Below are positions 10,559 to 20,630 of a DNA stretch of 58,432 nucleotides, piece after piece. The stretch comes from a virus (Duplodnaviria > Caudoviricetes): the IMG/VR virus record IMGVR_UViG_3300047476_001256, positions 1 through 58,432 of that record; one strand, written 5' to 3'. The translations under genes and the position numbers were made by a program. Within the stretch, counting starts at the first letter, position 1, and the number at the start of each line of letters is the position of its first letter. Below the pieces are notes generated by a model. It was given only the letters and a program-made list of their open reading frames with translations. It was not told where the DNA came from and did not search any database.

Positions 10559-11131
10559 TTATTTCAAAATAATCTTTTGAATAACCATAGCTGAATCCCG
10601 TTTCCATTCACTCTCAAACATACCATTCTTTTTTGTAGCATATGTATATTTCACTCTAGCAGTAATTGTAATCGTATCACCTTGCATTTCAGAAACAGGT
10701 GCAATAATTGTGTTTATCTCACCCGTTTCCAAATTACTATAACAACTTTTGTTAATGGTGGGTATCACATAGTTTGCATATGCAATCACATCTGGTAATT
10801 GAGATGTAGTCCATTGACCCGTATATTGGTTCAAATAGTTTTTGTATACTTTGAAAACTGGACTACCAGCTTTCATTACCCAAAAATGTGAACTTTCCCA
10901 ATTTACTATAACGGGTTCTGGACTGGGTGGCAATCCATCTATCAAAACTTTACCACTTATCCTATGTATATTTTGTCCATCAGGATTATACAAAGTAAAA
11001 TACGGATACCCATTTGAATCAATAGGCAATCTCGTATCCAATGTTAATGATAATATTGGTTTTTTAATTGGTGTTTCTACTTCTTTAGAACAACCTGTTA
11101 ATATCAATAATATTACAAATAACCATTTCAT
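10559..11131 (-). CDS. lipoprotein
   Basis: MKWLFVILLILTGC lipobox; start adjusted. Confidence 0.7.
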   Translation of the reverse strand: MKWLFVILLILTGCSKEVETPIKKPILSLTLDTRLPIDSNGYPYFTLYNPDGQNIHRISGKVLIDGLPPSPEPVIVNWESSHFWVMKAGSPVFKVYKNYLNQYTGQWTTSQLPDVIAYANYVIPTINKSCYSNLETGEINTIIAPVSEMQGDTITITARVKYTYATKKNGMFESEWKRDSAMVIQKIILK

Positions 11132-11132
11132 T

Positions 11133-11726
11133 TTACTTTGTTTTAGCTTCTCTAATATGTTTACATTCATTTGCACCTGAGTATGCGTAAGATGGACAAT
11201 TACATTCCCAACTTCCGTTATCGTTTGTTACTTTATATGTAACATTCGGGTCTTTTGATGATGGTATATTAAATGTTTTAACTTCTGATAATCCTTTCTG
11301 ATGTAGTTTTAATTTAATCAAATCATCAACAGCATCATTCGATATCCATTGAGCTCTATTTTTTCTAAATTCAGAAAAGAAATATCCGTCATCAAATAAT
11401 GCATCCAATACTTTTAAAGATATATCTTCACCCTCATCACCAGCTACGTGGAATAAATTTCTATCCCCATCTTTTACAAATTTACCATTGTCGGCGTAAT
11501 CACCTGCAATAACAATGTTATCACCTACCCAACTACCAACAATTGGATTATTACTATTTAAATCACCACCACCTCTACCATTTCCATCAGCAAGTAATAT
11601 TGCCAAACCGGCTAACACTCCATTTGCTGACATACTAAATTCCATTAACTTTGCACCATCACCGAATGTGGATGGTCTTATGTATTGTTTCTTTTTGATA
11701 TTTACTATCTTATAATATTGTCCCAT
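11133..11726 (-). CDS. protein with C-terminal SWIM Zn finger
   Basis: CNCP...ECKH. Confidence 0.7.
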   Translation of the reverse strand: MGQYYKIVNIKKKQYIRPSTFGDGAKLMEFSMSANGVLAGLAILLADGNGRGGGDLNSNNPIVGSWVGDNIVIAGDYADNGKFVKDGDRNLFHVAGDEGEDISLKVLDALFDDGYFFSEFRKNRAQWISNDAVDDLIKLKLHQKGLSEVKTFNIPSSKDPNVTYKVTNDNGSWECNCPSYAYSGANECKHIREAKTK

Positions 11727-11954
11727 AATTATTTCTTTTTTCTTTTGTCATATCCAACTGGATAATAATATTGTTCTTCTAATCTAATTGAGTGCACTTT
11801 GAAACCTGTAACTTCATCTTTGATTTCAATTGCTTTATCTGGATTTGTTCCCCATACCAAACCATCCAATACGATACGACCATCGTCTAATTTTCTAAAT
11901 TCGTTCATTTGTGTTTGAATTGCTTTTGCCATACTATTTGTTTTTGTTTTATTA

Positions 11955-12311
11955 TTAAAATTTAATTACTCCCATTGCCATACCCAATGATAATTCGTAT
12001 CTATCGTAGAATTTAACTTTGTTTTTCACTTCGTTAATATCCACTTTACAATCTACACTTTCACCCTCATCATCACATCCCATAATCAACCCATTACCCG
12101 CAAATGGTTGATGTGCACCTTCAAATGTAAAAAATACATCCGTTCCGTTCATCAATCCTTCATCATCTACAAAAATAGCATCTTGTTTATCCAAATATGC
12201 ACCAATTGTAAATAACTCACACTCTAATTGTTTATAGATTTCTTTGTAGTCTTTACCCATTTCAACTTCTTTTACTTCTTTTGTCTTTGAGTTAATCAAT
12301 ATCGCTTTCAT
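11955..12311 (-). CDS. DUF3846-like protein
   Basis: FVDDEGL...FAGNGLI. Confidence 0.65.
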   Translation of the reverse strand: MKAILINSKTKEVKEVEMGKDYKEIYKQLECELFTIGAYLDKQDAIFVDDEGLMNGTDVFFTFEGAHQPFAGNGLIMGCDDEGESVDCKVDINEVKNKVKFYDRYELSLGMAMGVIKF

Positions 12312-12314
12312 AAT

Positions 12315-12719
12315 TTATAATTTATATATTTTTACTTTTTTTAATTTTGTTTGTTTATCATTGTGTCCAACCAATATATCAATTCGTTTTCTATATCGTT
12401 TGTTCATTAAATCATGTACTCTATATGTTCCATCATATTTACCTGCACCAACTATTCTAACCTTTTGTCCAAATTTGTATTTTCGTTTCAGGTCTCTACT
12501 AACTGCAATTATTTTATGTTTCGTTGGGTTAGTAATTTTGAAACCAGATGCTGTAATATTCGGTGTTGAGTCCGTTTCATTTTCGTTTGCTTTGTATGTA
12601 GTTAGTGTAACAATTTCAGGTGTTATTGTTTCTATCATTTTGTTCACTCTAACTTCTTCCCGTTTTAATTCATATGGTAATATCAACATCACCATAGATA
12701 ATACTAAGTTTAAATTCAT
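12315..12719 (-). CDS. 3D-domain (MltA/RlpA-like) cell-wall hydrolase
   Basis: TASG...IAVSRDL...HD...RIDIL. Confidence 0.75.
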   Translation of the reverse strand: MNLNLVLSMVMLILPYELKREEVRVNKMIETITPEIVTLTTYKANENETDSTPNITASGFKITNPTKHKIIAVSRDLKRKYKFGQKVRIVGAGKYDGTYRVHDLMNKRYRKRIDILVGHNDKQTKLKKVKIYKL

Positions 12720-12725
12720 AACTGA

Positions 12726-13046
12726 TTATTTAATTTTGCGTAGACTTTCGTATTTACTTACAACCAATCCAACATTAGTCAAAAATGTTTTCATAGTATC
12801 AAATCCACCTTTTATCCAATTATCATTGTAAATTTGATTACCATATGATTCGTAAACAATTCTAACATTATATTCATTATTGGCCTGTTCTTCTTTGTAG
12901 ATTTGTACAATCATACCACATTTACTACCCTTCCTTTTCGCGGATGCGGCCATTTCATATCTGTTGTCATTTTCCGATATATCGTATATTTCCCAATCAC
13001 CGAATACTCTGCCCTTTATGTTTTTAAAGTTTTTAATTTCTAACAT
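12726..13046 (-). CDS. hypothetical protein, 'MLTIKN'-like family
   Basis: MLEIKNFKNIKG. Confidence 0.6.
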   Translation of the reverse strand: MLEIKNFKNIKGRVFGDWEIYDISENDNRYEMAASAKRKGSKCGMIVQIYKEEQANNEYNVRIVYESYGNQIYNDNWIKGGFDTMKTFLTNVGLVVSKYESLRKIK

Positions 13047-13057
13047 ATAATTTTTTT

Positions 13058-13405
13058 TTAATTTGCAAATTTCATTAAACTAATTGACTCTTGTATAAAA
13101 TTACCCATATTAATAACAAATGTATCTTTTGTTTTTACCACATCGGTAGTTAATAAATTGTCTTGAAATATATACTCACCCATATCACCCTCACCTAATA
13201 CACATTTTTTCATACTAAAACAATCCATCTCCCAGTTGAATTCAAACTTTACACAATAATCACCTAAAAGGGGGCCATTACAAAATACCCACACCCAATT
13301 ACTTTGTTTTTTATTTTGTAAATTATCAAAATCAAAATAAAATTGATATCCTTCCAATTCAAAATCTACTCTATCTATTTTTTGAAAATTTTCTGGTCGT
13401 TTCAT
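13058..13405 (-). CDS. hypothetical protein (paralog of 25329-25658)
   Basis: MKRPENFQKID vs MKKPVNFRKID. Confidence 0.6.
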   Translation of the reverse strand: MKRPENFQKIDRVDFELEGYQFYFDFDNLQNKKQSNWVWVFCNGPLLGDYCVKFEFNWEMDCFSMKKCVLGEGDMGEYIFQDNLLTTDVVKTKDTFVINMGNFIQESISLMKFAN

Positions 13406-13411
13406 TTGTTA

Positions 13412-14065
13412 TTATTTTAAAAAATCTCTTAATGTTGTTTCAAATGCTTTATAATATTTTTTTCTATCTTTTATATCTACCCCTTTACCAAAACTATCAC
13501 TATCATATCCGAAAGAAAGATACGCCTGAATTTCATCATCAATTACTTTTTCAGTATATCCCATTTCTAAAAGATTAGTTTTGAATATATCTTTATGTTC
13601 TTGTGGAATTGTAGATAATACTAACTTAGCTTCTTTCTTATATGCAGGATTTGTATACCATAAACCATGACAAACTTCATGTTGAAATGTCCACCCTTCC
13701 ATATCACCTGCACCAATCACATATGCTTTCTTATTGATATCCATTTTACTATCTATCTCTCCTAATATTTCCCACATAGTTTCATCATACGGAGTTTCCA
13801 TTTCATTAGATTGATAACAATCCCATAAAACATCAAATGGAATGTTAAATCCACTCCAATCACTTGCATAACTAAAACCTCTTTTGTATTCACTACTATA
13901 CCATTTCATATAATCCCAAATACTGAAATCTTTTCCTCTGAATTTTTTATTAGGACTTTCGTAGTATTCTTGTCCTCTACAAAATAACATTGCTCTGTCG
14001 TAACTATCTTTAACGATAACTGCAAAGATATTTGGTTTTACTTCTTTAATTTTATACTTTACCAT
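13412..14065 (-). CDS. HEXXH zincin-like protein
   Basis: HEVCH ... DEIQAY. Confidence 0.6.
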   Translation of the reverse strand: MVKYKIKEVKPNIFAVIVKDSYDRAMLFCRGQEYYESPNKKFRGKDFSIWDYMKWYSSEYKRGFSYASDWSGFNIPFDVLWDCYQSNEMETPYDETMWEILGEIDSKMDINKKAYVIGAGDMEGWTFQHEVCHGLWYTNPAYKKEAKLVLSTIPQEHKDIFKTNLLEMGYTEKVIDDEIQAYLSFGYDSDSFGKGVDIKDRKKYYKAFETTLRDFLK

Positions 14066-14066
14066 A

Positions 14067-14390
14067 TTATCTATTTTTTACATAATCTAATTGCATCTGT
14101 CTAACTTGTGCAATGTATGAACAAAATGTTTTTAAATCTTTGATACAATCCAATGGAATTTCTAACTTTCTAGTTGAACAATGTAGTGTAAATATTTTAT
14201 TACTATCACCTATTTTATCCAAATCAAAATACCACTTACCACCATTATCTTGGGAGTCTTTGTAACCAAATCGGTATTGACTACCAAAGTCTTCAATATA
14301 AACTGCCGTCAAAGTTCTACCCAATTCGTTTTGCATTAAAATATTAAACTTATGTGTCAATTCATCCGTAATTTCAAACTTTATTTTCAT
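14067..14390 (-). CDS. hypothetical protein
   Basis: ORF in packed run. Confidence 0.55.
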   Translation of the reverse strand: MKIKFEITDELTHKFNILMQNELGRTLTAVYIEDFGSQYRFGYKDSQDNGGKWYFDLDKIGDSNKIFTLHCSTRKLEIPLDCIKDLKTFCSYIAQVRQMQLDYVKNR

Positions 14391-14393
14391 AAC

Positions 14394-14753
14394 TTATATT
14401 TCTTTATTGTGTCTTTCTAAGGAATGTTCTTTAACTAATTTTGCTGATTTATTATATCCAGCATTTACTAATAATGTATGTGCTAGATTGTCAGCATCAT
14501 ATTCATCTTTATCATTTCTATCTTTTGTATGTTTCAATAGTATGTGTGCAACTTCATGTGCTTCCACCCATCTCAATTCATCTTTGGTTAGTTTCACTTC
14601 ACCATCTATGAATACACAACCCGAACTGGTCTCAGCAAAACCAAAACCACATATTTCGAATAGTGGTTTAATAACTTCATATCGGTAGTCATCTTTCTTT
14701 AGTATTGCAACTGCAACATCACTTTTGAATTCACTAAAATATGTCTTACTCAT
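14394..14753 (-). CDS. IrrE/ImmA-like HEXXH metallopeptidase
   Basis: AHEVAH...EYDAD; start adjusted to MSKTYF. Confidence 0.65.
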   Translation of the reverse strand: MSKTYFSEFKSDVAVAILKKDDYRYEVIKPLFEICGFGFAETSSGCVFIDGEVKLTKDELRWVEAHEVAHILLKHTKDRNDKDEYDADNLAHTLLVNAGYNKSAKLVKEHSLERHNKEI

Positions 14754-15126
14754 AATAGTATACAATGTGTATTGGTTCTTTAATTTTCTTTCCACCACCA
14801 TTTCGTTTACCCCATCCTTGGTCGGGATCATTTTCACTTTGAGTTGTTGGTATCTGACCAGTAAAATACTTTTCTAATACAACTGCAATTCCGTCACCGG
14901 GATTTGAATTAAACATTAAATCACATGCATCATGCCAATCCATTTTCCATTCAAAAGAGTCTTCAAAGTCTTTTTTGAATACTCTACCATAAGAGTCGTA
15001 ATGACCTCTCATCTCCTCTACAACCTTACCATTTTTCAATAGATACAATCTACATGCATCACCATCAAAAGAACTGGATGCAACTGGTAATCCACTTTCT
15101 TTACATATAAAACTAAAACATCCCAT
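14746..15126 (-). CDS. hypothetical protein
   Basis: MGCFSF...YDSYG pattern. Confidence 0.6.
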   Translation of the reverse strand: MGCFSFICKESGLPVASSSFDGDACRLYLLKNGKVVEEMRGHYDSYGRVFKKDFEDSFEWKMDWHDACDLMFNSNPGDGIAVVLEKYFTGQIPTTQSENDPDQGWGKRNGGGKKIKEPIHIVYYYE

Positions 15127-15146
15127 AACTTTTTAATTTAAATTTT

Positions 15147-15401
15147 TTATAAATAACAATTCATATTACACATAGTCAACAAATAAATGTTGTTTCTACA
15201 ATCGATATCTGCTCTACTCATAGACAAATACAAATTGTTATCGACTATCGCCTGAACGAAACCGCCACCTGCGTAGGAACTTTTATCTCTCGTACACATA
15301 ATACTAACCATAATATCCAAAATATGTTCACTTACATTTGTGAACCCATATTCAATAGCGAATTTAGTAGCTCGCTCTCTACATTGTTCTCTTATATCCA
15401 T
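15147..15401 (-). CDS. hypothetical protein
   Basis: GGFVQAIVDNNL..RAD pattern. Confidence 0.6.
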   Translation of the reverse strand: MDIREQCRERATKFAIEYGFTNVSEHILDIMVSIMCTRDKSSYAGGGFVQAIVDNNLYLSMSRADIDCRNNIYLLTMCNMNCYL

Positions 15402-15405
15402 AACT

Positions 15406-15738
15406 TTATTTTTTATTTTTTATTTCCTTAATATGTTTACAGTCACGCCCTCTACCGAAACCATGTGCTGGACAACTACAAGTCCAAATACCTTCATCAC
15501 TTATTACCTTATACACATTCCCCCTACTACCTTTAACTTTGTATTCCTTTTTTGGAGTTTTCTTCACTTCGAGTTTTTTACCATATTCTATTTTATCCCA
15601 AAGTGGTTCCAATTCGTTCCAACTATAATAACGATTTACTTTAACCCAACCATCACCATCCGAACTACATATTACATACTTTTGATTACTAAAAACCCCT
15701 TCGTATGAAAATGGTGGGTGAAATGATTTGAATCTCAT
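15406..15738 (-). CDS. SWIM Zn-finger protein
   Basis: GSRGNVY...CSCP...CKH. Confidence 0.7.
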   Translation of the reverse strand: MRFKSFHPPFSYEGVFSNQKYVICSSDGDGWVKVNRYYSWNELEPLWDKIEYGKKLEVKKTPKKEYKVKGSRGNVYKVISDEGIWTCSCPAHGFGRGRDCKHIKEIKNKK

Positions 15739-15750
15739 AAATTATTATTT

Positions 15751-16086
15751 TTAAAATGATACATTATTTTGATTATTATAATGTTCTAATTTGTGTAAAC
15801 ATCTTCTTAACAGAGTTGAAAAGTCAGATGCACCTCTACCCATATCCATAACTTCTTTTTTTGTAAGGGTCAACACAGTTGCTACGTGAAATCCCATTAC
15901 GAAAATCTCATATACATCTTTATAATGAGATTCTCTAAAGTAAACTTCAACTGGTTCAGGTTTTATGCGTGGTATGTTAAATTCAAATATGTATGCATTT
16001 TCTTTAACACTATACCTAACACCATCAACCCGATGTCCGTTACAATGCATTCCCATTATTTTTTGTACATTCAATATCTTTATCAT
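15751..16086 (-). CDS. hypothetical protein, 'MLTIKN'-like family
   Basis: MIKILNVQKIMG. Confidence 0.55.
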   Translation of the reverse strand: MIKILNVQKIMGMHCNGHRVDGVRYSVKENAYIFEFNIPRIKPEPVEVYFRESHYKDVYEIFVMGFHVATVLTLTKKEVMDMGRGASDFSTLLRRCLHKLEHYNNQNNVSF

Positions 16087-16496
16087 AACTTATAATTTTA
16101 ATATGGGCCTAATCCACTTCTATTTCTAATTCTTACATCAATTGTTCTATCTTGTTCGTTCCAAATTTTAGATTGTAAATCTTCCACATCACCCTCAACA
16201 TATAAATCGTCACCATCGATGAATTTAGCAACACACCATTTATCAGGAGATACTCCATTCAATTCCGTAAACCCACCTCTAATTTCTTTAATCATTGATA
16301 CATTGATAAGTTGTGGTAGGAATTGACTACCATGTGATGATACATTTAATTTTATAAACATAGGTTTTAATTTTAATAATTTGTAATATTGTTTTTTTGT
16401 TTCACTTTGTTCTGAGCTGTATGAGTTTGAACTTCTTAATATTTGTTGTTGTATCAACCCTGCTCCTAATAATACTCCTATCATAGTGTTTTAATT

Positions 16497-16868
16497 TTAC
16501 CACCAACTTGTGTAATAAACTGTCATACCATTTGCAATTGCTTCCCTAGCTTTTGCAACAAATTCCAAATCATCATTATCTTCGTCACCAGATGATATAC
16601 CGAAAAAGAAACCAGATGTATCAGGTAAGTTTCCCTCTTTAATATCGTATTCCAAATTGTCTAAATCTTCATTATCCAATACAACAGGTACACAATTGAA
16701 TGAGTCGGCTTTACCACCTTTCTCATAATATAAACTTTCCATCCAACCATGTAAGTTAGGATGCTTTCTCCAATAGTGTAATTCCGTTTCTTCAAAATTC
16801 TTAGTTGAAAAATCCACTTCCGTTTCTGGTTTTGCTTTGGTAGCAAATGCATTCATATCTAATCCCAT
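16497..16868 (-). CDS. conserved phage protein (MGLDM...YWRK...YTSWW family)
   Basis: recognisable motif pattern. Confidence 0.7.
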   Translation of the reverse strand: MGLDMNAFATKAKPETEVDFSTKNFEETELHYWRKHPNLHGWMESLYYEKGGKADSFNCVPVVLDNEDLDNLEYDIKEGNLPDTSGFFFGISSGDEDNDDLEFVAKAREAIANGMTVYYTSWW

Positions 16869-17378
16869 ATTATACTAATTTATTTGTTATTTTTAAAATT
16901 GTTTCTTCATCTTCTTTTGATAATCTCCATTTGTTGTTGAATAGTTTATTAACTTGTTCATTCCAATCATCATCAGTATTTCTTTCTGATGTATCTTTCT
17001 TAGCAGTGTAACCAGCTTCATAAAGCTCATCTGCTAACTCTTGTTTTTCCCAACTACTTAGGGAATACATAATATCATCAATCTCAATGTCTATACTTGC
17101 CATATTAATTTAAATTTAAATTGTTTGTTAATACACTATTTATCATTTGTTCTCCGTTTAATTGTCTAACTATACTAGTCAATTCAGCATTCATTGCTAT
17201 AGTCAAATCAATTAATTCTTCACTTCTAAACACACTATCATCTTTGCCAATCAAATCACCAAATGTTGAAATGGTTGCTTGTTTAATTGCGGGTGGAGTT
17301 TTTTCACTTCTTACAACTGCACATAATAGTGCGAATAATTCTGCTATTGCTTTTTCGTTATTTGTCATTTGTTTTAAT

Positions 17379-18152
17379 TTATATGTTATTAAGTTTATAT
17401 TTTCCATCGGTATCTTTATACAAACATCTCCTACATCTTCTACCTACCGCATTAGTGGTATCTAATAAAGAATGTAAATGATGAATGAAACTGCCACCTT
17501 TAATCATATTTGAATTACCCCTAAGAATTACATCATAGTATTCTTTCAATTCAGTAAAAGTTACCTTACCATATAATTCAGTAAAGTCTAATAAAGCTTG
17601 TGCTATAAATCCCCAATCACCGGGTTGTAATTTATAACTCTTATTCATATACTTTCGTTTCATTTCCTTTCGTTGAAACTTTGGGTCTTTCATTTGAGTT
17701 TGATATTGTAAATTGTAGATAGCTTGTAGTGGTGCACTTGTTTGTTTTGATTGTTGTGTGTGTTTCACTCCATCTGCCAAACTATGTCCAATTGTTCCTA
17801 ACACTCTTGCAGTAATTACATTGGTATCATTTAACTTTAAATTGTTTCTTTGCATACCCTGTTTCTTATCTATCCTTTGACGATTTGGATTAGCATGATG
17901 TAAGTAAATGTCAATGTATTGTGCTACTCTCCACGGAACATCATTTTGTCTACTTCTACCCCAATTTTTCACTACGGATTTTCTATCACTATGACGACCT
18001 CTCAATGTAACCCAACCGAATATTTGTTCTAATACTTTTTTCACTTCCAACACTTGCTCCTCATTCTTCATTGGAATAGTTGCAATGTAGGTAGATGTTC
18101 TATTTGATGCCATATTATCTAATTTTTTTATCGTATTGTTTTGTAATTTCAA
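17379..18152 (-). CDS. hypothetical protein
   Basis: long ORF; likely start MASNRT. Confidence 0.65.
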   Translation of the reverse strand: MKLQNNTIKKLDNMASNRTSTYIATIPMKNEEQVLEVKKVLEQIFGWVTLRGRHSDRKSVVKNWGRSRQNDVPWRVAQYIDIYLHHANPNRQRIDKKQGMQRNNLKLNDTNVITARVLGTIGHSLADGVKHTQQSKQTSAPLQAIYNLQYQTQMKDPKFQRKEMKRKYMNKSYKLQPGDWGFIAQALLDFTELYGKVTFTELKEYYDVILRGNSNMIKGGSFIHHLHSLLDTTNAVGRRCRRCLYKDTDGKYKLNNI

Positions 18153-18282
18153 TAGTTTGAATTGTGTTTATATTAGTTGTTAAACTATTCAATGAACTAT
18201 TGGTTAATCCTTTAATGATTATTGTATCACCACTTGCTGATAATACATTAACATCATAATATGTCTTTGTCATTTGTTTGTA

Positions 18283-18597
18283 TTAAATGTTTCCTAACTT
18301 TCTATCTTCACTTTGTGCTTCATTCATACTATCTGCGTAATCTTTGAATGCAGAATAATCACGTTGAATACTTTCTACATACTCACGTGATTTTTCCAAT
18401 TCTTTCACTTCATCAGTTAGTGCTTTACTTATCTTATTCAATAACTGAATTGATTTGTCTAACTCTCTATCAAAATATCCCATCAATTCGGGAGTATCAT
18501 TTTTAGCATTTTCAACTAATTCTCTATGTCTTTCAACTCCTTTACTAGCCAAATAATAAAGGTCATTTAATTCCAATAAGTTTAATTCTATATTCAT
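18283..18597 (-). CDS. hypothetical coiled-coil protein
   Basis: ORF in packed run. Confidence 0.55.
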   Translation of the reverse strand: MNIELNLLELNDLYYLASKGVERHRELVENAKNDTPELMGYFDRELDKSIQLLNKISKALTDEVKELEKSREYVESIQRDYSAFKDYADSMNEAQSEDRKLGNI

Positions 18598-18615
18598 ATC
18601 TTTATATTTTAATTA

Positions 18616-18873
18616 TTAATTATGTTTCATACCTTTACATACACCATATCCTTGTCTTTGAGATAGTTTGTATAATCTATCAGCATCTTCTTTAGGCATG
18701 ATTTGAATTTCGTTACCTGTCTTATGATTTGCAATTGCAACACCACCAACTTTTTGAATAGTAGAACAATCAACACAACTTTTGTAACCATATTTCACTA
18801 CTCGCAAAAGTGGCATCTTACCACCACACTTAATACATTGTGTCATTTCTAATTTTACTTTCACTTTACTCAT
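18616..18873 (-). CDS. DksA/TraR-type C4 Zn-finger protein
   Basis: CIKCG..MP..R......CVDCS matches TraR/DksA C4 spacing. Confidence 0.55.
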   Translation of the reverse strand: MSKVKVKLEMTQCIKCGGKMPLLRVVKYGYKSCVDCSTIQKVGGVAIANHKTGNEIQIMPKEDADRLYKLSQRQGYGVCKGMKHN

Positions 18874-18877
18874 ATTA

Positions 18878-19210
18878 TTATTGTTTACTTTCTAAATAAG
18901 GTTTAAACCAACTTTTAATTATTCTATGTGTTAGGTCATCTCCGTCACTATCAACATCATTATATCGTTGTTTCACTTCGGATAAGACTTCATCTAACAA
19001 ATCATTGCCATCATACCTACATACTGAAATCAATATGTGTATCTTTTCTTGTAATTGTTTTTCGTTATTACGACCTCTCATATAAACATTGTGGTCATCA
19101 CTCATCATATATGAATAGTCATGTCGTTTCACTTCATCCATAAACTCACCATACAATTTACTTTCTTCATTATATGCATCGTTAATAAATGCGTCATTAT
19201 TTACTTTCAT
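18878..19210 (-). CDS. hypothetical protein
   Basis: HDYSYMMSDD..VY motif. Confidence 0.6.
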   Translation of the reverse strand: MKVNNDAFINDAYNEESKLYGEFMDEVKRHDYSYMMSDDHNVYMRGRNNEKQLQEKIHILISVCRYDGNDLLDEVLSEVKQRYNDVDSDGDDLTHRIIKSWFKPYLESKQ

Positions 19211-19348
19211 ATTATTTATTTTTACGAGCCCAATTACGACTCTGTTTTTTCTTTTTGTTTACTACGACTCTTTGTCTATATCTACCATCAAAAAGACCAG
19301 CTTGTAACTGGTCTTTTCTTTTTATTTGTCTTTCTATATCCGTTTTCA

Positions 19349-20221
19349 CTATCTATCATTATTTAATACAAACAATTTCTTTTTAGGAGTTTCTTTCACT
19401 ACATCATAAACACTAAACTTACTATCCATTGGAATAATAAATGCGTTATTAGATGTGTCAATTTTGTTTCTAACTTTCTTAAACTTCAATCCTACAATTA
19501 CACCTTGTGGGTCATAGTATCTCATATCATACGCATCACCATCAATTACATCATAACCCATAAATGTTTTTGGTAATACCTTGCCTTCAAATACCATAGC
19601 GACTCTACCTTTTTGTTTACTCAATAAGTCCAAACATTGTAACATATTGTGGCCACTAAATGAATAAGTCAAATCATAGTTATCATACTTATCTAACATA
19701 TCAAATCGTTTAGATACTTTAGTATAATCATAGAAAGGAATAAGTGGGAACATTTGTAATATATTCTTACGACCTAATTTGAAACTTTGTAAACTAATGT
19801 CGGATGTTCCATTGATACGAACTGAGAATTGATAACCTTTCATATGTGCGTCAATCTTAGCTTTAGTAATTTCGGTAACTAACCAACTCATAAAGAACTC
19901 TCTATGTTCAAAGAATAATTTAGTCTTTTTGATACGAGCTTTATTAATGTTATTCTTCTTAACATCAATACGATTATGTCCACTTTCAGTTAAACACGCC
20001 GTTCTACATTCTTCCGTACTCATAGGACATACATTATAACCTGATTGACTAGCGGGAGCGAGATACAATATATAAGTCATTTCGTTATATTGTAAACCTT
20101 TAGCGATTTTTGAACTACTCGCAACTGAACCTAAATAAGATAAACCAGTTAATTTTTTCGCAGAACTAATTGTTGTAAATTTCATTGTATTAATTTTAGT
20201 CATATTTTTAGTATTTGTCAT
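19349..20221 (-). CDS. GP88-family protein
   Basis: CP.....CR.ACL; RINGTSD; FYDYTK; GLKFK. Confidence 0.7.
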   Translation of the reverse strand: MTNTKNMTKINTMKFTTISSAKKLTGLSYLGSVASSSKIAKGLQYNEMTYILYLAPASQSGYNVCPMSTEECRTACLTESGHNRIDVKKNNINKARIKKTKLFFEHREFFMSWLVTEITKAKIDAHMKGYQFSVRINGTSDISLQSFKLGRKNILQMFPLIPFYDYTKVSKRFDMLDKYDNYDLTYSFSGHNMLQCLDLLSKQKGRVAMVFEGKVLPKTFMGYDVIDGDAYDMRYYDPQGVIVGLKFKKVRNKIDTSNNAFIIPMDSKFSVYDVVKETPKKKLFVLNNDR

Positions 20222-20266
20222 ATTATAAAAAATTTATATATACTCCTATCACTTTTGGAATATACC

Positions 20267-20298
20267 CAAAGATACGACATTTTAAGTTCCTGGCCAAA
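20267..20298 (-). promoter_or_regulatory. Bacteroidota primary-sigma promoter
   Basis: TTTG (-33) N20 TATCTTTG (-7). Confidence 0.8.
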
Positions 20299-20322
20299 CT
20301 TTTTGGAAAAATAGGGTAAAAT

Positions 20323-20490
20323 TAGCGGCTTGATTATCAACGAGTTATAAACTTTCTTTTTTACCATATGTAACTCGTTGATTCTCTATAAAGAATTTTT
20401 GGTTTTATTGGATAAAATAGCCGCCTGGAAATCAATGAGTTATACATAAAAATACCCCTAATTCGTAACTTATTGATTATCAACGAGTTA
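20323..20490. repeat. four 25-bp imperfect palindromes TAACTCGTTGATWATCAACGAGTTA (IHF-consensus-like)
   Basis: centres at 20335, 20383, 20430, 20478. Confidence 0.75.
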
Positions 20491-20595
20491 TGAAAAATGG
20501 GGTATTTAGGACATATATAAATAATATTATATATGATTTATTTGTTATATAATATGGGTATTTTTAGGTCAATTTTCACTTTGATTTTTGGGAAC

Positions 20596-20628
20596 AAAAA
20601 TAGGGGGAACATTTCTGCTCCCCCTTTA
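20596..20628 (-). terminator. intrinsic terminator
   Basis: GGGGGAG-loop-TTCCCCC-TATTTTT. Confidence 0.7.
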
Positions 20629-20630
20629 AT